From NCBI GenBank assembly GCA_964409365.1, contig CAYPCX010000001.1:312699-376698 (forward strand): a DNA stretch of 64,000 nt. The letters are read 5' to 3'. Under the pieces are notes generated by a model. The model saw only the letters and a list, made by a program, of their open reading frames with translations. It was not told the DNA's origin and did not search any database. The stretch's first letter is position 1; each line of letters starts with the position of its first letter. Positions 64,000-64,000 of this stretch are shown one piece after another. This DNA comes from an uncultured Planctomycetia bacterium (GTDB lineage: Bacteria > Omnitrophota > Gorgyraeia > Tantalellales > Tantalellaceae). The translations under genes were made by a program, and so were the position numbers.

Positions 64000-64000
64000 G

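Overview
This 64 kb window comes from a bacterial chromosome at about 53% GC. It looks like an uncultivated, Gram-negative-type lineage (there are lgt/lspA, surA and a secretin), but I cannot assign a taxon from sequence alone.

Every gene I can support, roughly 60, lies on the + strand. All long minus-strand ORFs in the track are antisense shadows of conserved + strand genes.

Housekeeping genes, in order: proC, yggT, yggU-like, mtnP, ileS, a DksA-like protein, lspA, lgt, rluD, aroA and the rod-shape operon mreB-mreC-mreD-mrdA-rodA. Then a TIGR03960-type radical SAM gene, followed further on by a truncated DUF2344 gene, rng, rplU, rpmA, obg, proB, proA, nadD, rsfS, argS and a short mfd. Then two parvulin/SurA-like PPIases, pdxA, rsmA, gatCAB, ctpA, a yibQ-like gene, tsaD, mgtC and a bactofilin-HTH pair.

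The most interesting material falls into three groups:

- A roughly 15 kb type IV pilus locus at 17.8-32.8 kb. It holds a degenerate-GGDEF sensor, pilT, a standalone MshEN (c-di-GMP-binding type) domain protein, two tandem pilB paralogs, pilC, a pilin, a TMTC-like glycosyltransferase/TPR protein and pilMNOPQ. It appears inserted between the radical SAM gene and its usual partners DUF2344 and rng.
- A second, roughly 6.5 kb minor-pilin block at 35.1-41.7 kb. It holds a pseudopilin, a 763-aa prepilin-like protein and three tandem PilX-like beta-helical paralogs, and sits between rng and rplU.
- An unusually rich set of intergenic repeat families. One is a ~95 nt long-hairpin element, with five full copies, one partial copy and two copies bracketing the bactofilin-HTH genes. 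Another is a set of mosaics built entirely from different heptanucleotide tandem repeats (TACTGGT, GGACAGA, CACAAGT, GATGTTA, CCTGAGA, GTAAACA and others). A third is a ~90 nt hairpin-plus-heptamer element. These mosaics create spurious ORF extensions and appear to truncate the DUF2344 gene.

I found no rRNA, tRNA or CRISPR array.
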